From an uncultured Actinomycetota bacterium (GTDB taxonomy: Bacteria; Actinomycetota; Actinomycetes; Propionibacteriales; Nocardioidaceae), in the NCBI GenBank assembly GCA_963759975.1, contig CAVXBS010000018.1, positions 495,798 through 559,797 of the forward strand: a stretch of DNA of 64,000 nt, given 5' to 3'. Made by a program: the position numbers and the translations under genes. Below, piece by piece: positions 61,560-64,000 of the stretch (position 1 is its first letter; the number at the start of each line of letters is the position of its first letter). A model generated the notes under the pieces. It did not search any database, had not been told where the DNA came from, and saw nothing but the letters and a program-made list of their open reading frames with translations.

Positions 61560-62440
61560 GCACTGTGCCGTCTGAAGAAGCTGACGTCGTGACGTACGAG
61601 GTGGTCGACCAGGTCGCGCGCATCACGCTCAACCGGCCGGAGTACCGCAACGCGCAGAACTCCAAGATGACGTACGCGCTCGATGCCGCGTTCCAGCGCG
61701 CCACCGATGACGACGCGGTCAAGGTCATCGTGCTGGCCGGCAACGGCAAGCACTTCTGCGCCGGCCACGACATCGGCACGCCGGGCCGCGACGTGGACCA
61801 GACGTTCGAGCGCAAGGCCGTGATCTGGTGGGACCACACCGACAAGGAGGGCGGCGACCAGCGCTTCGCCCGCGAGTCCGAGGTCTACCTCGGCATGTGC
61901 CGGCGCTGGCGCGAGGTGCCCAAGCCGGTCATCGCGATGGTGCACGGCGCCTGCATCGCCGGCGGGCTGATGCTGGCCTGGGCGTGCGACTTCATCATCG
62001 CCTCGGACGACGCGTTCTTCTCCGACCCGGTCGTACGCATGGGGATCCCCGGTGTCGAGTACTTCGCGCACCCGTGGGTCATGAATCCCCGTGCCGCCAA
62101 GGAGTTCCTCTACTCCGGCGACCGGTTCACCGCCGATCGTGCACTGGCGCTGGGCATGGTCAACCAGGTCGTACCGGCCGAGGAGCTCGGAGTCGACGGT
62201 GCTCGCGCTGGCCGGGCGGATCGCGCAGATGCCGCGGTTCGGGCTGGCGCTGACCAAGAAGGCGGTCAACCAGGCCGAGGACCTGCAGGGCATGCGGGCC
62301 GGCATGGACTCGGTGTTCGGGCTGCACCACTTCGCGCACGCCCACAACGCCGAGGTCGGAGAGACGCGCTCGCCGGGCTCGACGCGAAGTCGATGGCGGC
62401 AAAGGCTCGGGACGATGAGGGCAGAGCGAGCAGGACGTGA
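61556..62440 (+). CDS. Enoyl-CoA hydratase, EchA13-like (frameshifted)
   Basis: LNRPEYRNAQN, HFCAGHD, CIAGGLMLAW, MGIPGVEYFAHPW. Confidence 0.8.
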   Translation: MSTVPSEEADVVTYEVVDQVARITLNRPEYRNAQNSKMTYALDAAFQRATDDDAVKVIVLAGNGKHFCAGHDIGTPGRDVDQTFERKAVIWWDHTDKEGGDQRFARESEVYLGMCRRWREVPKPVIAMVHGACIAGGLMLAWACDFIIASDDAFFSDPVVRMGIPGVEYFAHPWVMNPRAAKEFLYSGDRFTADRALALGMVNQVVPAEELGVDGARAGRADRADAAVRAGADQEGGQPGRGPAGHAGRHGLGVRAAPLRARPQRRGRRDALAGLDAKSMAAKARDDEGRASRT

Positions 62441-63569
62441 ACCTCGACTTCTCCCCTGACGAGCTCGCTTCCGCGACGAGGCCCGCGCCTGGCTGGCCGC
62501 GAACGTACCGGCGGAGGCGTTGCCGTCGATGGACACCGCCGACGGGTTCGTCGCGCACCAGCAGTGGGAACGCCGGCTCGCCGACGCACGCTGGTCGGTG
62601 GTCTCGTGGCCCGAGGAGTTCGGCGGCCGCGGCGCGTCGCTCGTCGAATGGGTCATCTTCGAGGAGGAGTACTACCGCGCAGGGGCTCCTGGTCGCGTCT
62701 CGCAGAACGGCATCTTCCTGCTCGCGCCGATCATCTTCGACCACGGCACCGCGGAGCAGCAGCGACGTTGGCTGCCGTCGATGGCGACCGGCGAGAAGAT
62801 CTGGGCGCAGGCCTGGTCCGAGCCCGAGGCCGGTTCCGACCTCGCCTCGCTGCGGTCGACTGCCACGGCGGTCGACGGTGGCTGGCTGCTGAACGGGCAG
62901 AAGACCTGGTCGTCCGCGCGCCGCGTACGCGCACCAGGGGTTCGGGCTGTTCCGCTCCGACCCCGAGGCCGAGCGGCATCGCGGGCTGACCTACTTCTGC
63001 TTCCCGCTCGACGCGGACGGCGTGACCGTACGCCCGATCGCCCAGCTCGACGGCGAGGCCGGCTTCGCCGAGCTGTTCTTCGACGACGTCTTCGTGCCCG
63101 ACGCCGACGTGCTCGGTGATCCCGGTGACGGCTGGCGCGTGGCGATGAGCACGGCGGGCAACGAGCGCGGCCTGTCGCTGCGCTCGCCGGGTCGTTTCTG
63201 CGCCTCCGCCGACCGACTCCTCGACCTGTACGCCGACAGCCCGGACCCGGCGCTGTCGGCTGACGTCGTCGACGCGTGGGTCCGCGCCGAGGCGTACCGG
63301 CTCTTCACGTGGGGCACGGTCACCCGACTCGCCGAGGGCGGCGACATCGGGGCCGCCGGCTCGGTCAACAAGGTCTGGTGGAGCGAGCTCGACGTCGCCC
63401 TCCACGAGACCGCGCTCGACCTGCTGGGGCCCGAGGCCGAGGTCGCCTCCGCCTGGACCGACGGCTACCTGTTCTCACTGTCTGGGCCGATCTATGCCGG
63501 CACCAACGAGATCCAGCGCAACATCATCGCCGAACGCATCCTCGGCCTCCCCGAGAGGCGCGGGGATGA
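62437..63569 (+). CDS. fadE31: Acyl-CoA dehydrogenase FadE31 (frameshifted)
   Basis: FEEEYY, QNGIFLL, WAQAWSEPEAGSDL, GPIYAGTNEIQRN. Confidence 0.85.
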
Positions 63570-64000
63570 AGTTCGAGCTGACCTCCGAGCAGACCGGGTT
63601 CGCCCGGTCCCTCGACGACCTGCTGTCCCGGGCCGACACCGCTGCAGCGAACCGGGCCTGGGCTGCTGGTGACCACGAGCCCGGCCTCAAGCTCTGGTCG
63701 CGGCTGGCCGAGGTCGGCGTGACGTCGCTCGCCGCCGAGGCGACGCCCGTCGAGGTGGCCATCGGGTTCGAGGCGATCGGTCGCCACGTCGTGCCCGGCC
63801 CCTGGATCGAGTCGGCGGCCTACCTCCCGGTCGCGCTGCCCGATGTCGACCTCGCCGAGTCGCGCGCGACGGTCGCGATGCCATACGCCCTCGACGCCGA
63901 CATCGCGCACGACGTCTTCGTGCTCGTCGACGGTGAGCTGCACCGCGCGACCGCGGGCAGCCCCGTCGCGTCGGTGGACCCCAGCCGCCACCTGTTCGAC
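63566..64000 (+). CDS. fadE32: Acyl-CoA dehydrogenase FadE32 (partial)
   Basis: Read manually: MKFELTSEQTGFARSLDDLL...LWSRLAEVG...GRHVVPGPWIES; follows fadE31. Confidence 0.75.
   Translation, partial: MKFELTSEQTGFARSLDDLLSRADTAAANRAWAAGDHEPGLKLWSRLAEVGVTSLAAEATPVEVAIGFEAIGRHVVPGPWIESAAYLPVALPDVDLAESRATVAMPYALDADIAHDVFVLVDGELHRATAGSPVASVDPSRHLFD

Overview
High-GC actinobacterial DNA (gene style and intergenic repeats suggest Nocardioidaceae; this is inference) carrying most of a sterol/cholesterol catabolic supercluster. It holds an Mce4-like importer (yrbE x2, mce x6, two Mce-associated membrane proteins), kshA/kshB, a Delta4-KSTD-like flavoprotein, side-chain genes (cyp125, fadD17, fadD19, fadE26/27, echA19, ltp3/ltp4, Rv3521-like, fadA5, hsd4A, fdxD) and the KstR2 C/D-ring genes (echA20, ipdAB, ipdC, fadA6, kstR2, ipdF, fadE30-32, fadD3). 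Nine KstR-type operators (TnnAACnnGTTnnA) and two KstR2-type operators can be read directly. The main observation is a cysD-cysNC-cysQ (PAPS synthesis/recycling) operon behind a perfect KstR palindrome oriented towards cysD, in the same cluster as a KstR-boxed DUF1214-like/sulfotransferase/SDR/SRPBCC operon, which points to a sterol-induced sulfation system. Also present are REP-like palindromes (one amplified as a 158-bp tandem array) and an MNT/HEPN toxin-antitoxin pair. Many genes carry 1-bp frameshifts that look like long-read assembly errors, so gene limits for those are reconstructed by hand. Gene names are assigned from recalled motifs and synteny, with no database search.
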